A stretch of 64,000 bases of DNA from Selaginella moellendorffii (Eukaryota > Plantae > Lycopodiophyta). Made by a program: the position numbers and the translations under genes. The stretch spans positions 4,164,021 to 4,228,020 of the forward strand of contig NW_003314262.1 of NCBI RefSeq assembly GCF_000143415.4. Reading direction: 5' to 3'. The notes under the pieces were generated by a model. That model had not been told where the DNA came from. It saw nothing but the letters and a program-made list of their open reading frames with translations, and did no database searches. Within the stretch, counting starts at the first letter, position 1. Every line of letters starts with the position of its first letter. Of this stretch, positions 51,746-64,000 are shown one piece after another.

Positions 51746-54700
51746 GCTGAATTTCAACTTGGTGCGATACTGTTCCAGGAGAGTCCTCCAGAACCTACTG
51801 GTGAAGATCTTATCTCGATCTGAGATGATCTCTTTCGGTCTTCCCCGCACTCGAACCACTTGTTCGAAGAACAGCTTTGCCACACCTTCCGCATCCACCT
51901 CTGTTGTGGTGGGTATGAAGTGTGCCATTTTCGAAAATCGGTCCACCACCACGAATATCGCATCAAACCCCTCGCTTGGGGGGAGTCCCGTGATGAAGTC
52001 CATCGTAAGACATTTCCACGGACGATCTGGAATTGGGATGCTTTGCAACAAGCCCCCACTAGCCTTAGTCACGGCTTTTACCTGCTGACATGTTGGACAT
52101 GTCTTTACATAGTCTTGGACGTCCTTAGCCATATCTGGCCAATGGTACTTCCTTTTGAGTAAGCCCATCGTCTTGGGCACTCCACCGTGTCCCGCAAGAG
52201 GTCCGTCATGACACTCTTCTAAGGCCACCTTCCTTAGTTCCCCTTTTGGAATATACACCCTCGTTTGCTTGTAATAAATGAGTCCGTTGTGTTCCGCATA
52301 GCCCGTTTTCTCTTCCGTTGGCAGCTCACCTCTCTGGTGAGCTTCCCGCGCCTCTAGATTCCTCAGCAACACTTCTTGTGCTAGACCATCATTCTCATAT
52401 GCTGTCCGCACATCGTCCCAGAAGGTTGCTGTTGCGCTGGATATTGCCAACCTCAAGCTCACTTTTTGACTTAGCGCATCCGCCACGATGTTGCTCTTCC
52501 CAGGCTTGTACAGAATTTCGCAATCAAACTCGGCCAAGGCATTGGCCCACCGACCTTGTTTCCCTCTTAGGTCGGGCTGTGACAAGAAGTGTTTTGTTGC
52601 CACATTGTCCGTGTAAACCTTGAAGTGTCTCCCAAGGTAGTGTCGCCATTCCTTGAGCGCCTTGACCACCGCAAACAATTCCTTCTCGTGGGCAGGCCAC
52701 TTACGTTGAGCCTTGTCCAGCTTCTTCGAGAAGAACGCTACCGGATGGTTGTCTTGCTTCAAAACTGCGCCCAACGCAAAGTCCAAAGCATCCGTTTCTA
52801 CCTCAAAGTCCTTACAAAAGTCTGGTAATGCCAATACGGGAGCCTTCCTCAACTTCCCTTTGAGGTGGACGAATGCCGCCTCGCATTCCGCTGTCCACAC
52901 CATCTTCCCTTTTCCTGTTTGGTCCGTTAAGGGCAGGGCTATTCTCGAATAGTGTCTGATAAACTTTCGATAGTAGTTGCATAGCCCTAGGAATGCCCTC
53001 AACTCGTGTACATTGGATGGTCGCTCCCATTCTTGGATCGCTTGGACCTTCTCTGGGTCCACCTTGAGCCCGTCCTGGCCCACCACATGCCCGAGAAACT
53101 TTACCTCTTGTTGAGCAAAGTCACATTTGCTCTCTTTAGCATATAGCTTGTGTTCCCTTAGTTTCTCAAACACTTTCGCCAAGTGTTCGGCATGCTCCTC
53201 TAGCGTCTCGCTATAGATCAGGATGTCGTCGATATAGACGACCACGAAGTGATCCAGATAGGGTACAAAGATGTGGTTCATTAGCGCTGAAAATGTTGCC
53301 GGCGCATTACATAGCCCGAAGGGCATCACCAGAAACTCAAAGCTCCCATACCTCGTTCGACAGGTTGTCTTCTCGACATCTTCCTCGGCTACCCTGATCT
53401 AGTAGTATCCTGACCTTAGGTCAATCCTCGAGAAGTATTTTGCCTTTCCCAACCTATCGAACAGGTCCTCAATCCTTGGCAAAGGGTACTTGTTCTTCTT
53501 TGTATACTTGTTGAGCAACCGGTAGTCTATGCACATGCGCATAGATCCATCTTTCTTTTTCACAAATAACACCGGCGCCCCATACGGTGACTTGCTCAAC
53601 CTAACATACCCTTTGTCCACCAACTCCTCTAGTTGGCACTTGAGCTCCTTGAGTTCTTTTTCGTTCAAACGATAAGGGGGACGAACCACTGCCTCAGCAC
53701 CCTCGACCAGCTCAATCTTATGTTCTATTAGTTGTGCTAGGGGTAGCCCCGCCAGTAGCTCCTCCAGCATGGTATCCTGGAATTGGTTCAACACCCGCTG
53801 GATCACTAAAGGTATTTCTTCCATTCCTGTCTTTTTGTCACTCTTCACCGAGAGTAAGCACAAAAAGGCCGCCTTAGTTCCTTTAGTGAGTTGTCCTCTC
53901 GTGGACACCAAGTTTAAGTAGGAATCTTTGGCCTTGCTTTGCCCTACCTTTAGATCTTGGGCCTCCACCCTAGATTTTCTTCCTTGGGCATTCGCCAGTA
54001 CCACAAGGTTTCTACCTTGTCCATGCAGGGCTACCACGAATCGATTGAACCAGTCCATTCCGAAGATCACGTCAAATCCCGCCATGTCCAACACGGTGAA
54101 ATCTATGTCCACCTTCCAAGTCCCCACTTCGACTCTCGCTTGTCGAAGTACCTCATCGGTGCTTTGGCTACCTTGAACAAACTCTATAGTCCTTGGTTCG
54201 CCTAGCCGCTGCACCGTTAGTCCGGCTTGCCGGACTATGTCTGCAGCCACAAAATTATCCAAAGCACCCGTGTCAATAAGGATCTTAACAAAGCTACCTT
54301 CGAGCTTCCCTCGGAGGGCTAGTAGATGTCGCGAACGACTCTCTACCAAAGTTGCTCGTGTAATGAGTAACTTTGAGTTAGGGACTGGATCACATACCTC
54401 AGTTTGGACTTCACCCAACTTGATGGCCATATTGGCTCTGGCCTTCTTCGGGTAGGGACATTCCCTCGAGAAGTGTCCCGCTTCACCGCAGTTGTAGCAT
54501 ATGTTGTTTCCCACGCTGCTATACGACTTGACCTTTTTATCCGTGGGTTTGTCTCTTTTCGCTTGACTCCCCCATGTACTCGCTCACTGGCCACCGGATC
54601 TGCCTTTCCGGAACCCCGAGGACTCATTCTTAGAGAAACTCTTCTTGAATTTCCCTCTGCTAAACGTTCCCCTTAGTTTGGCCCCTTTGCTAAATGTGGA

Positions 54701-56194
54701 TCCCGACCCCGTCGTGTTCCCCTTTCGCAGGTTATCGTTGAAATGCACCTTGATGGCCGCATCCAACGCTTCCTTGTAGTTGGTCGGGTTCCACCGCATC
54801 ACTTCGCCGCGAGCCCAGGTTTGCAAACCTGATATGAAGGCATGGAACGCATCCATATCCCCCATGTCCGTGACAAGTATTCTCTTTGCCATAAACCCAT
54901 TCACATACTCCTGAATGGTTCCGGTCTGCTTCAGCCTACTCAGCTCGTCCCTTAGATGCAGAGTAGCATTTGGAGGAACGTAAGTTGTGCGGATCCTCGC
55001 CTTCATCATTTCCCAAGTGGCCACCGGTCCTTCGTTGGCCTCTGTCGTTCTCCACCAAGACTTGGCATTATCTGCCAAGTATGGTTTTGCACATGGGACC
55101 TTCTCCGAGCTCGGTAATCGCAACGCTCGGAAGTAGTCCTCCATATCGTAAAACCAATCCTCCACCACCTTATAGTCGTTCACTCCCTTGAAGACTGGTG
55201 GGGGCTTTGGTTTGTACTTGGGAACTGCCTGAGGGACTGATTCCACTTCGGTCTGTTCGACCTTGTCTAGTTTTGCCTCAGTCCCTGCCGAAGGGTCCGC
55301 ACCTTCTGCGCTGCCAGCATCTGCAGTCTTTTGCTTTTTCTTCTGCTTCTCGTCACGCTTTAGCTTGCGTACGAGAGTGTAAGCAACCAAAGAGAATGAC
55401 TTGAGAGACGGTCCATGGGGTTCAAATATAGAGGGAAAGGGCCCATGAATAAGAGTGCACCCCCTTTTCCAATTGGTTAAGGGTCTTGAAATATTTGGGT
55501 TAAGCGTCCTTGGGTTTGAATAGTACTGGGCTGGGTGACCTCCCGGGAAGTCCAAACTCAAGAGCTTACATTTGGTATCAGAGACAGTCTCGGGTCCGAC
55601 TCTGTTGGTTGGCTAGGGGAATCACACCACATGTTGATTGACATCTGGCTGGTCTAGTTTGCTCCCGCTGGGCTCGACCCGAGGGGTAGGGTGTCAAGAG
55701 AGCGGGGCTCTCGGGAGAGCTGCGGCTCTCAGCTTCCGTTCACGAGGGTGTGAACTTGCAGGGAAGCGTGGTGGATTGTAAGCAACCAAAGAGAACGACT
55801 TGAGAGACGGTCCATGGGGTTCAAATATAGAGGGAAAGGGCCCATGAATAAGAGTGCACCCCCTTTTCCAATTGGTTAAGGGTCTTGGGATATTTGGGTT
55901 AAGCGTCCTTGGGTTTGAATAGTACTGGGCTGGGTGACCTCCCGGGAAGTCCAAACTCAAGAGCTTACAGAGAGTCTCTAGCAGGGCATTGGTCTGTGCC
56001 AATTGTCCTTCTAGAACATCCAATCGAGCCTTGGATGACCGAACCTCACCACCAGACTCCTGTTTGGAAGTTGCCTCACTAGAGTCCTCCTCATGCAAGG
56101 ATTCCTCATCCATAGCCTCCTGTTCGACCGGAGGCTCCAGCTCTGGAGGAGGTTCCGTCTCTGCTTGGGTTCGCTTACGTCCTGCCCTTGCCAT
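51746..56194 (-). pseudogene. Gypsy gag-pol (gag, CCHC, PR LIDTGA, RT YIDD, RNase H, IN core)
   Basis: ORFs 55694-56194, 54584-55561, 53399-54514 and 51725-53329. Broken by a Cassandra insertion and by stops at ~54585 and ~53400. Confidence 0.95.
55378..55969 (+). mobile_element. Cassandra TRIM (5S-derived LTR domain), intact, in gypsy gag
   Basis: 193-bp LTRs 55378-55570 and 55777-55969 with about 3 differences. TSD GAGAG and PBS TGGTATCAGAG. Each LTR contains GTTAAGCGTCCTTGGG…AGTACTGGGCTGGGTGACCTCCCGGGAAGTCC (5S A/IE/C boxes). The empty site is seen in the sister element at ~62485. Confidence 0.95.
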
Positions 56195-58339
56195 CTCCCA
56201 GCAATCCGCCTCTATCCTTCGCTAGAACTGAGGAAGAGGCTCCGATACCAAATTGTAAGCCACAAAATTTTCCTTTCCAATTTGCTAGCTTACCTCGTCT
56301 ATCCGACCACCTCTGCCTTGGCTTGTGCTAAGTTCCCTCGCCAAGGTTCCCGCCTATGGTACCAGCTCCTACTTGGTCCTACTTGGTTTCAGCTACTTAC
56401 TGCACGAGCAACGGAGTGTTAGCCATCCATCTACGGATTCCCAAATCTCTCCCAATCCCCCTCCCCGGGTTAGACTGGACTTAAGGTCCGGCTACACTCC
56501 CCGCAGGCACAAGCAGCCAAGCACACCAAGCCTCCAGATTCCTAACACCCCTTGGTACCACAAGACTTGATCATGGGACCCTCTAAATCCCAAGTCTTGG
56601 GTGCAGCACTTGCTTCGGGACGTCGGGCGAAACACCGTGGCCTAACGGCCCGGTATGGGTACCTCTACCCCCCCACTTCCATCCTGAAGGGAAGGCCCAA
56701 GCCCCTAGGAAGGGCAAGGACCAATGAGCCACAAGGTACTCAAGTGGGGCACCACTCCACATGAGCCGGGAGCACCGCAGTCGGTTTCCCTTTCAGGAGT
56801 GGGAGCTGCTCTTGAGCACTTCCCTGGGTGCCCCTCCGGCACCACTCAAGTCCATACTCACTCCCACCCAAGGCCCCTCGGCCCCAGTCTCAACCTAAAG
56901 TCAGTTGGGAAGCACCACTGGAGAGTTCCTTCAAGATTGGTTCCTGGACCTCACTATCCCTACTATACTTTTGGAACCCCCTGCAGCCCCCCCCCCCCCC
57001 CCCCCCGGGAGACACACGCTTTGGGCTTTCACCCCTTGACCCGTATTAGTATTTGGACTTAGTCTCTGGCTCGATCTCGGACCCGATTTCAGATCCGACT
57101 TCGGATTCGGTCTCGGACTCGATCTCGGACCCGATCTCGAACCCGACCTCGGACTCGACCTCGGACTCGGTCTTGGACCCGATTTCGGATCTCGGACTCC
57201 GTCTCGAACTCGGACTAGAACTCAGTCCCCGAGTCGGTCTCGGACTCGATTCCGGACTCTATCTCGAACTCGGTCCTAGAGTCGGTCTTGGACTCGATCC
57301 TCGACTTGGTCCCATCCGATGAACTCTTTGTCATTTCGGTCAAGCTTTTGGGGATCCTTTAGCCTACGACATCTCGGGGAGTCAGTTCCTTACATAGCTC
57401 TCATACAATAAGGTTCCATCTTGGCCATTTGGGACAATGGCTGCTACTTTGGCTTGCCAATACCAGCAAGAGAGGAGGTAAGCACTCAGGATTGCTAGCA
57501 GCATTTTCTGCTGACCTCTTTTGCTGGTAGTTGCTATTGGCAGCAGCCACCACATAGCATGATCTCTTGGCTAAATTTTATTAGATTACTCCCCATTGGC
57601 AAAAAGATAGGATGGATCTCATGATCACGATTGTGAGCAACATGATACCTCCTCTTTTGGTGGCTGCTGCTTTGGCTTGCTAATGGCTACCAGACTAGCA
57701 AGAGCGATCATAAACAAATCATGAGCAACATGATACCTCCTCTCTTGCTGGTAGCTGCTAGGAGTTGCTATTGGTGAGCAGCAGCCAACACAACATGATA
57801 GAGGCCTCTGTAAATTCTTTGCTCATTTCTTGGTATAGATCACTCCCTATTGAGATTCCTCTTCTCCTCTAGAGAAGAGGAATCTCAAAAGGAATCTCAA
57901 TGGGGAGTATGATCTATTCTAGGAGATCTTCTCTTGGGTCTTGGGGTAGGAATTGGTTTGTGGGCTCTTTTCCCATTTCCAGTTTGAACGAATGAAGTGA
58001 TTCTCTCCTGTATCAATCCATTGAGACTTAGAAAGGATTTGGCTCAAGAATCATAGAGTGGGCATTTAGTAGAAACACATTTCTATCTCTCTTGGTTCCA
58101 TTCCATTATGTAGCTTGATGCGAATGCTTGATTTAATGAAAAACACAGGAGGAGCATACGATGAAACACGTGTAAAGGAAAAGTACTGGGCTTGTAGTGA
58201 TACACTAGTTCTTGATTTATATACACATTCTAGTTTCTTTGAATGTGCCTTGATCTCTCTTTGGTTCCAAGACTCCCACTTGATTTGATGTCTTTTAATC
58301 AGATTGTTGCTTCCTTGTGAGACTAGTTTGAGTTGTTGT

Positions 58340-59200
58340 CATAGTCATTCAAACTGTTGGACTTCAATTGTACTGTAAATCTGAAGTCATCTTTGTTATG
58401 GGGATGTATTTCAGCTTGACTTCTTCTCTCTTGATCTGCTCCTTGATAAAGTAATGAAACATTTCAAAGTGTTTATTTAAACCAAATCTTGGTTCTCCCT
58501 CTAGATCCATTATATTAAATATTCCTTCAGGATATTCTTGCCCCACTTGTCAGCCACAAGAATCAAATTGGGCTTTGATACCAATGTTAAAATCCTATCC
58601 CTTACACCCTAAGCCAATTGGCTAAAGGGGTGATCACTTGATTGTAAAGCCCTTTCTTTATCCTATTATCCTGATATAGTGCCTAGCACATGATGCATTG
58701 GATTCATGATCAATTGAAAACATGTTGTGTTGTCATTGTAGACATTCAGTGGTACTTGCATCTCAAAACTGACAAGCGTCAAATCTAAATGCTTTTTTAA
58801 TAGCTTTCATAACAGCATTATACTCTACTTCACAAGTAGACAATGCTACCATCCTTTGTTTCTAGCTGCGCCATGACACAACCTTATTAGAGAATTTGAA
58901 CATGTACCTAATTGTTGATCTCCTATCATCCAAATCATTGACAAGATCACAATCTACCATTCCATATAGTATAAGTGCACCCAATCCAATTTCTCCTCCT
59001 ACCATCCCCTTGTACTTGTGATAAAGCAATTAAGTTTGTAATACATAGTTAAAAATCCACTTTATTGCATACTAATATCTCTTTTTAGGATTTTACATGA
59101 ACTAGCACACTCTAGAAACAGCTGCAGCTATATCTAGTCTGCTTGATGTGACTAAATACATCAACACTCCAACCATGTTTTGATATGGTAGTTTAGCCAT
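58340..59200 (-). pseudogene. Ty1/copia RT-RNase H remnant
   Basis: PYQNMVGVLMYL…DIAAAVS, DDRRST…VSW…VALSTCEVEY and KHFEMFHYFIKE…LKYIP…SD, with stops. Confidence 0.8.
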
Positions 59201-61093
59201 TGTAAGCAACTAAATTTTCCATTCTATTTTAGTCATTTAACCACACTTTTGACCACTTGGAGGAGTCTCACTCACAACCTCCATAAGTCCTATTTTGGAC
59301 TTGGGCTTGCTAGCCCCGAGAATGGCATCTCCGCCACTCAACCTTTGCACTTGGTCCAAGTGCTCCACGTGTCCGATCCCATGACCGACAGCCCAAGGTA
59401 CCATTGACGCATCAGCCCATTACACTAAGGCCATGCCCATTCACCTTGGTCACACCGGTGGTTTGACCCCACCTACACTACAGTCCCGTCTCTCAAAGAC
59501 TGGGCCATCTGTCCATGAGTGATCATCCCAGATCCACTCCTTAGCATCCTTAGGATGCCCATAGACATGGGGAATAGCCTTCCCCAATATCCCCTTTCTG
59601 GTCCCCACCAAATCCCTTTCTACCCATGGCCGTGTTCGCTAACACTGCTACTGGATCAAGGCCCTCAAGCCCGACCACTAAGTCCCACGGTCCTCTGGGA
59701 CTTCCTCACCACACGACTATATCCTTGGTCACTACACCAGAGGACTACTCCTCTTCCTTTCCACATTCTAGGCCTTCGGGACAACATTTCGGAACACCGT
59801 GGCCTTACACAAGCCTCGTGGGTACTCTCCCCGCCTTCCACCTTTGGGTGCTCTAGCCATGGGCTTAGAGCGAGGTTCTGTTGAGCCACGCCTGGTATCC
59901 AAGTAGGTAGTGCCACCCACACTTGGACTGGGAGCATTGGCTAGTCGATCTCTCGGGGGAACTAGAGCTGGCTCTTGAACACTTCACCAAGTTACCCTGC
60001 TTGTCGGTCCATGTTCACTTTAGTCTTGGACTTCCTAGTGGGCAGCTCATCACCCAACACTGGGTACAGCCTTCTTGGGCCAAACTGGCCTTTCCTGGCC
60101 AAACTAGCTCCACTACAGTCCTCCCCCTTACTATACTTTTGGAGCTCACCAAACCCCCTAGGGTCTGGGAGACGAACGCTTTGGGCTTTCACCTCTCAGA
60201 CTTGAACTCGGACTCGGACTCGGGCTCGGGCTCAGACTCAGACTCGGACTCGGACTCGGACTCGGACTCGGACTCAGACTCGGGCTCGGGCTCGATCTCG
60301 GCCTCGGCCTTGGTCTCGATCTCGGTCCCGGTCTCGGTCTCGGTCTTGATTTCGACTTCGGACTCCATCTCAGGTCCATCTTGGACTCCATCTCGGACTC
60401 CATCTCGGGTCCATCTCAGACTCCATCTCGGACTCCATCTCGGGTCCATCTCGAACTCCATCTCGAGTCCGTCTCGGACTCAATCTTGGATCCATCTCAG
60501 GTCCACCTCGGACTCCACCTTAGACTCCATCTTGGACTCCATCTCGGACTCCATCACGGACTCCATCACGGACTCCATCTTAGACACTTCCACATGTCAT
60601 GTGTTGGTCCTTTTGGGTCCCTTTTTAGAGCCTCGCTTATTGCTCGCTTCGTGCTCATTCCTCGAGCACTTTGTTGGGAGTTCCACTCCCACTCTCGACC
60701 TTTCAAGTCGGAGCTTTTAGTCCAAATGTGTTACGCTTGTTTGGCTTTTGCTTCAGCCACTACCACGTGGTGCCCTTCCGGCTCCACTTTGGGGCCTAGG
60801 GATTTTGTGTCTCACAACTCCACCACCCATAGACGAAGTTCGATGTCCTCATCAAACGGTAAACCCCTTTTGTAAAGTAATATTCGCATGTATTACCATT
60901 TCCATCTTTGGCACCTAGCCAATATTTGTCTATGGTTTGACACCAAAGGCTCACCATGCCTTATCCATCTTCTAAGGAGTATAGTCTCTCCAACATAGAG
61001 ACTCACTCGACCACCTGGGGTGGTTTGCTTCTTTTTATTGGTTCAATTCTCGCTAAACCTGTTAGAGACACCCTTTCTAACTCAATTCCACTA
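59201..61093 (-). mobile_element. Second family A element: LTR 59201-60816 plus 3' internal part, inserted in the copia remnant
   Basis: Homologous to 5663-7490. Interrupted at 61094 by a family B element. Confidence 0.9.
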
Positions 61094-64000
61094 TGTAAGG
61101 AACCAACTCCCCGAGATGTCGTAGGCTAAAGGATCCCCAAAAGCTTGACCGAAATGACAAAGAGTTCATCAGATGGGACCAAGTCGAGGATCGAGTCCAA
61201 GACCGACTCTAGGACTGAGTTCGAGATAGAGTTCGGAATCAAGTCTGAGACCGACTCGGGGACCGAGTTTGAGTCCGAGTTCGAGACCGAGTTCGAGACG
61301 GAGTCCGAGATCCGAAATCGGGTCCGAGACCGAGTTCGAGGTCGAGTCCGAGGTCAGGTCCGAGATCAGGTCCGAGATCGAGTTCGAAATCGAGTCCGAG
61401 ACCGAATCCGAAGTCGGATCCGAAATCGGGTCCGAGATCGAGCCCAAAGCGTGCGTCTCCCAGGGGGGGGGGGCTGCAGGGGGTTCCAAAAGTATAGTAG
61501 GGATAGTGAGGTCCAGGAACCAGTTTTGAAGGGACTCTCCAGTTGGGCTTCCAAACCGACTTGAGGTTGAGACTGGGACCGAGGGGCCTTGGGTGGGAGT
61601 GAGCATGGACTTGGCTAGTGCCGGAGGGGCCATCCAAGGAAGTGCTCAAGAGCAGCTCCCACTCCTGAAAGGGAAACCGACTGTGGTGCTCCCGGCTCAG
61701 GTGGAGTGGTGCCCCACTTGAATACCTTGTGGCTCATTGGTCCTCGCCCTTCCGGGGGCTTGAGCCTTCCCTTCGGGATGGAAGAGGGGGGGTAGAGGTA
61801 CCCATACCGGGCCGTTAGGCCACGGTGTTTCGCCCCGACGTCCCAAAGCAAGTGCTGCACCTAAGGCTTGGGATTTAGAGGGTCCCATGATCAAGTCTTG
61901 TGGTACCAAGGGGTGTTAGGAATCTGGAGGCTTGGTGTGCTTGGCTGCTTGTGCCTGCGGGGAGTGTAGCCGAACCTTAAGTCCAGTCTAACCCGGGGAG
62001 GGGGATTGGGAGAGATTTGGGAATCTGTAGATGGATGGCTAACACTCCGTTGCTCGTGCAGTAAGCAGCTGAAACCAAGTAGGACCAAGTAGGAGCTGGT
62101 ACCATAGGCGAGAACCTTGGCGAGGGAACTTAGCACAAGCCAAGGCAGAGTTGGTCGGATAGGCGAGGTAAGCTGGCAAATTGGAAAGGAAAAATTTGTG
62201 GCTTACAATTTGGTATCGGAGCCTCTTCCTCACTTCTAGCGAAGGATAGAGGCGGATTGCTGAGAGAGGGCAAGGGCAGGACGTAAGCGAACCCAGGCAG
62301 AGACGGAACCTCCTCCAGAGCTGGAGCCTCCGGTCGAACAGGAGGCGATGGATGAGGAATCCTTGCATGAGGAGGACTCCAGTGACGCAACTTCCAAACA
62401 GGAGTCTAGTGGTGAGGTTCGGTCATCCAAGGCTCGATTGGATGTTCTAGAAGGACAATTGGCACAGACCAATGCCCTGCTAGAGACTCTCGTACGCAAG
62501 CTAAAGCGTGATGAGAAGCGGAAGAAAAAGCGAAAGACTACGGATGCTGGCAGTGCAGAAGGTGCGGACCCTTTGGCAGGGACTGAGGCAAAACCAAACA
62601 AGGTCGAACAGACCGAAGTGGAATCAGTCCCTCAGGCAGTTCCCAAGTACAAACCAAAGCCCCCACCGGTCTTCAAGGGAGTGAACGACTATAAGGTGGT
62701 GGAGGATTGGTTTTACGATATGGAGGACTACTTCCGAGCGTTGCGATTACCAAGCTCGGAGAAAGTCCCATGTGCAAAACCATACTTGGCAGGATAATGC
62801 CAAGTCTTGGTGGAGAACGACAGAGGCCAACGAAGGACCGGTGGCCACTTGGGAAATGATGAAGGCGAGGATCCGCGCAACTTACGTTCCTCCAAATGCT
62901 ACTCTGCATCTAAGGGACGAGCTGAGTAGGCTGAAGCAGACCGGAACCATTCAGGAGTATGTGAATGGGTTTATGGCAAAGAGAATACTTGTCACGGACA
63001 TGGGGGATATGGATGCGTTCCATGCCTTCATATCAGGTTTGCAAACCTGGGCTCGCGGTGAAGTAATGCGGTGGAACCCGACCAACTACAAAGAAGCGTT
63101 GGATGCGGCCATCAAGGTGCATTTCAACGATAACCTGCGAAAGGGGAACACGACGGGGTCGGGATCCACGTTTAGCAAAGGGGCCAAACCAAGGGGAACG
63201 TTTAGCAGAGGGAAATTCAAGACGAGTTTCTCTAAGAATGAGTCCTCGGGGTTCCGGAAAGGCAGATCCGGTGGCCAGCAAGCGAGTACGTGGGGGAGTC
63301 AAGCGAAAAGAGACAAACCCACGGATAAGAAGGTCAAGTCGTATAGCAGTGTGGGAAACAACGTATGCTACAACTGCGGTGAAGCGGGACACTTCTCGAG
63401 GGAATGTCCCTACCCGAAGAAGGCCAGAGCCAATATGGCCATCAAGTCGGGTGAAGTCCAAACTGAGGTATGTGATCCAGTCCCTAACTCAAAGTTACTC
63501 ATTACACGAGCAACTTTGGTAGAGAGTCGTTTGCGACATCTACTAGCCCTCCGAGGGAAGCTCGGAGGTAGCTTTGTTAAAATCCTTATTGACACGGGTG
63601 CTTCGGATAATTTTGTGGCTGCAGACATAGTCCGGCAAGCCGGACTAACGGTGCAGCGGCTAGGCGAACCAAGGACTATAGAGTTTGTTCAAGGTAGCCA
63701 AAGCACCGATGAGGTACTTCGACAAGCGAGAGTCGAAGTGGGGACTTGGAAGGTGGACATGGACTTCACCGTGTTGGACATGGCGGGATTTGACGTGATC
63801 TTCGAAATGGGCTGGTTCAATCGATTCGTGGTAGCCCTGCATGGACAAGGTAGAAACCTTGTGGTACTGGCGAATGCCCAAGGAAGAAGATCTAGGGTGG
63901 AGGCCCAAGATCTAAAGGTAGGGCAAAGCAAGGCCAAAGATTCCTACTTAAACCTGGTGTCCACAAGAGGACAACTCACTAAAGGAACTAAGGCGGCCTT
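61094..64000 (+). mobile_element. Second family B gypsy (5' LTR 61094-62207, PBS, gag-PR), runs off the window
   Basis: Highly similar to the reverse complement of ~53870-57394 but without the Cassandra. gag ATG changed to AGG and a +1 frameshift at ~62792. Confidence 0.95.

Larger units (their letters stand above)
35471..57394 (-). mobile_element. Ty3/gypsy chromovirus (family B), full length, with three direct nested insertions plus a solo LTR inside one of them
   Basis: LTRs 56254-57394 (5') and 35471-37371 (3', containing a TRIM). TSD TAGCT (35466-35470 and 57395-57399). PBS TGGTATCGGAGC and PPT at ~37372. Domain order gag-CCHC-PR-RT-RH-IN-chromodomain. Confidence 0.95.

Noticed and set aside
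55495-55555. 5S rRNA gene
   Set aside because: Only the internal ~55 nt match, and they are embedded in TRIM LTRs.

Overview
Plant nuclear DNA. The very short (~45-60 nt) introns and very tight gene spacing suggest a Selaginella-like lycophyte; this is inferred, not verified. The host genes are an unknown spliced gene, a germin-like gene, a TPX2-like gene, peptidyl-tRNA hydrolase, an HTATSF1/CUS2-like splicing factor and a class II formin. They are interleaved with heavily nested transposons: two Ty3/gypsy LTR families with TSD-defined boundaries, two 5S-bearing Cassandra TRIMs, a second TRIM, a solo LTR and a copia remnant. The main finding is a ~13 kb TIR-bounded DNA transposon (38696-51740) inserted in a gypsy integrase. 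It carries a Sola-like DDD transposase and, divergently, a ~1,430-aa multi-exon gene with a ParB/Srx-like domain and a C-terminal FCP1/HAD-like domain. It also contains ~25 copies of a 22-bp palindrome (ATGGCRTGWGGCCWCAYGCCAT), many inside the introns of its own genes, which resembles a ParB/parS arrangement. The host gypsy integrase also contains two canonical GT-AG spliceosomal introns.
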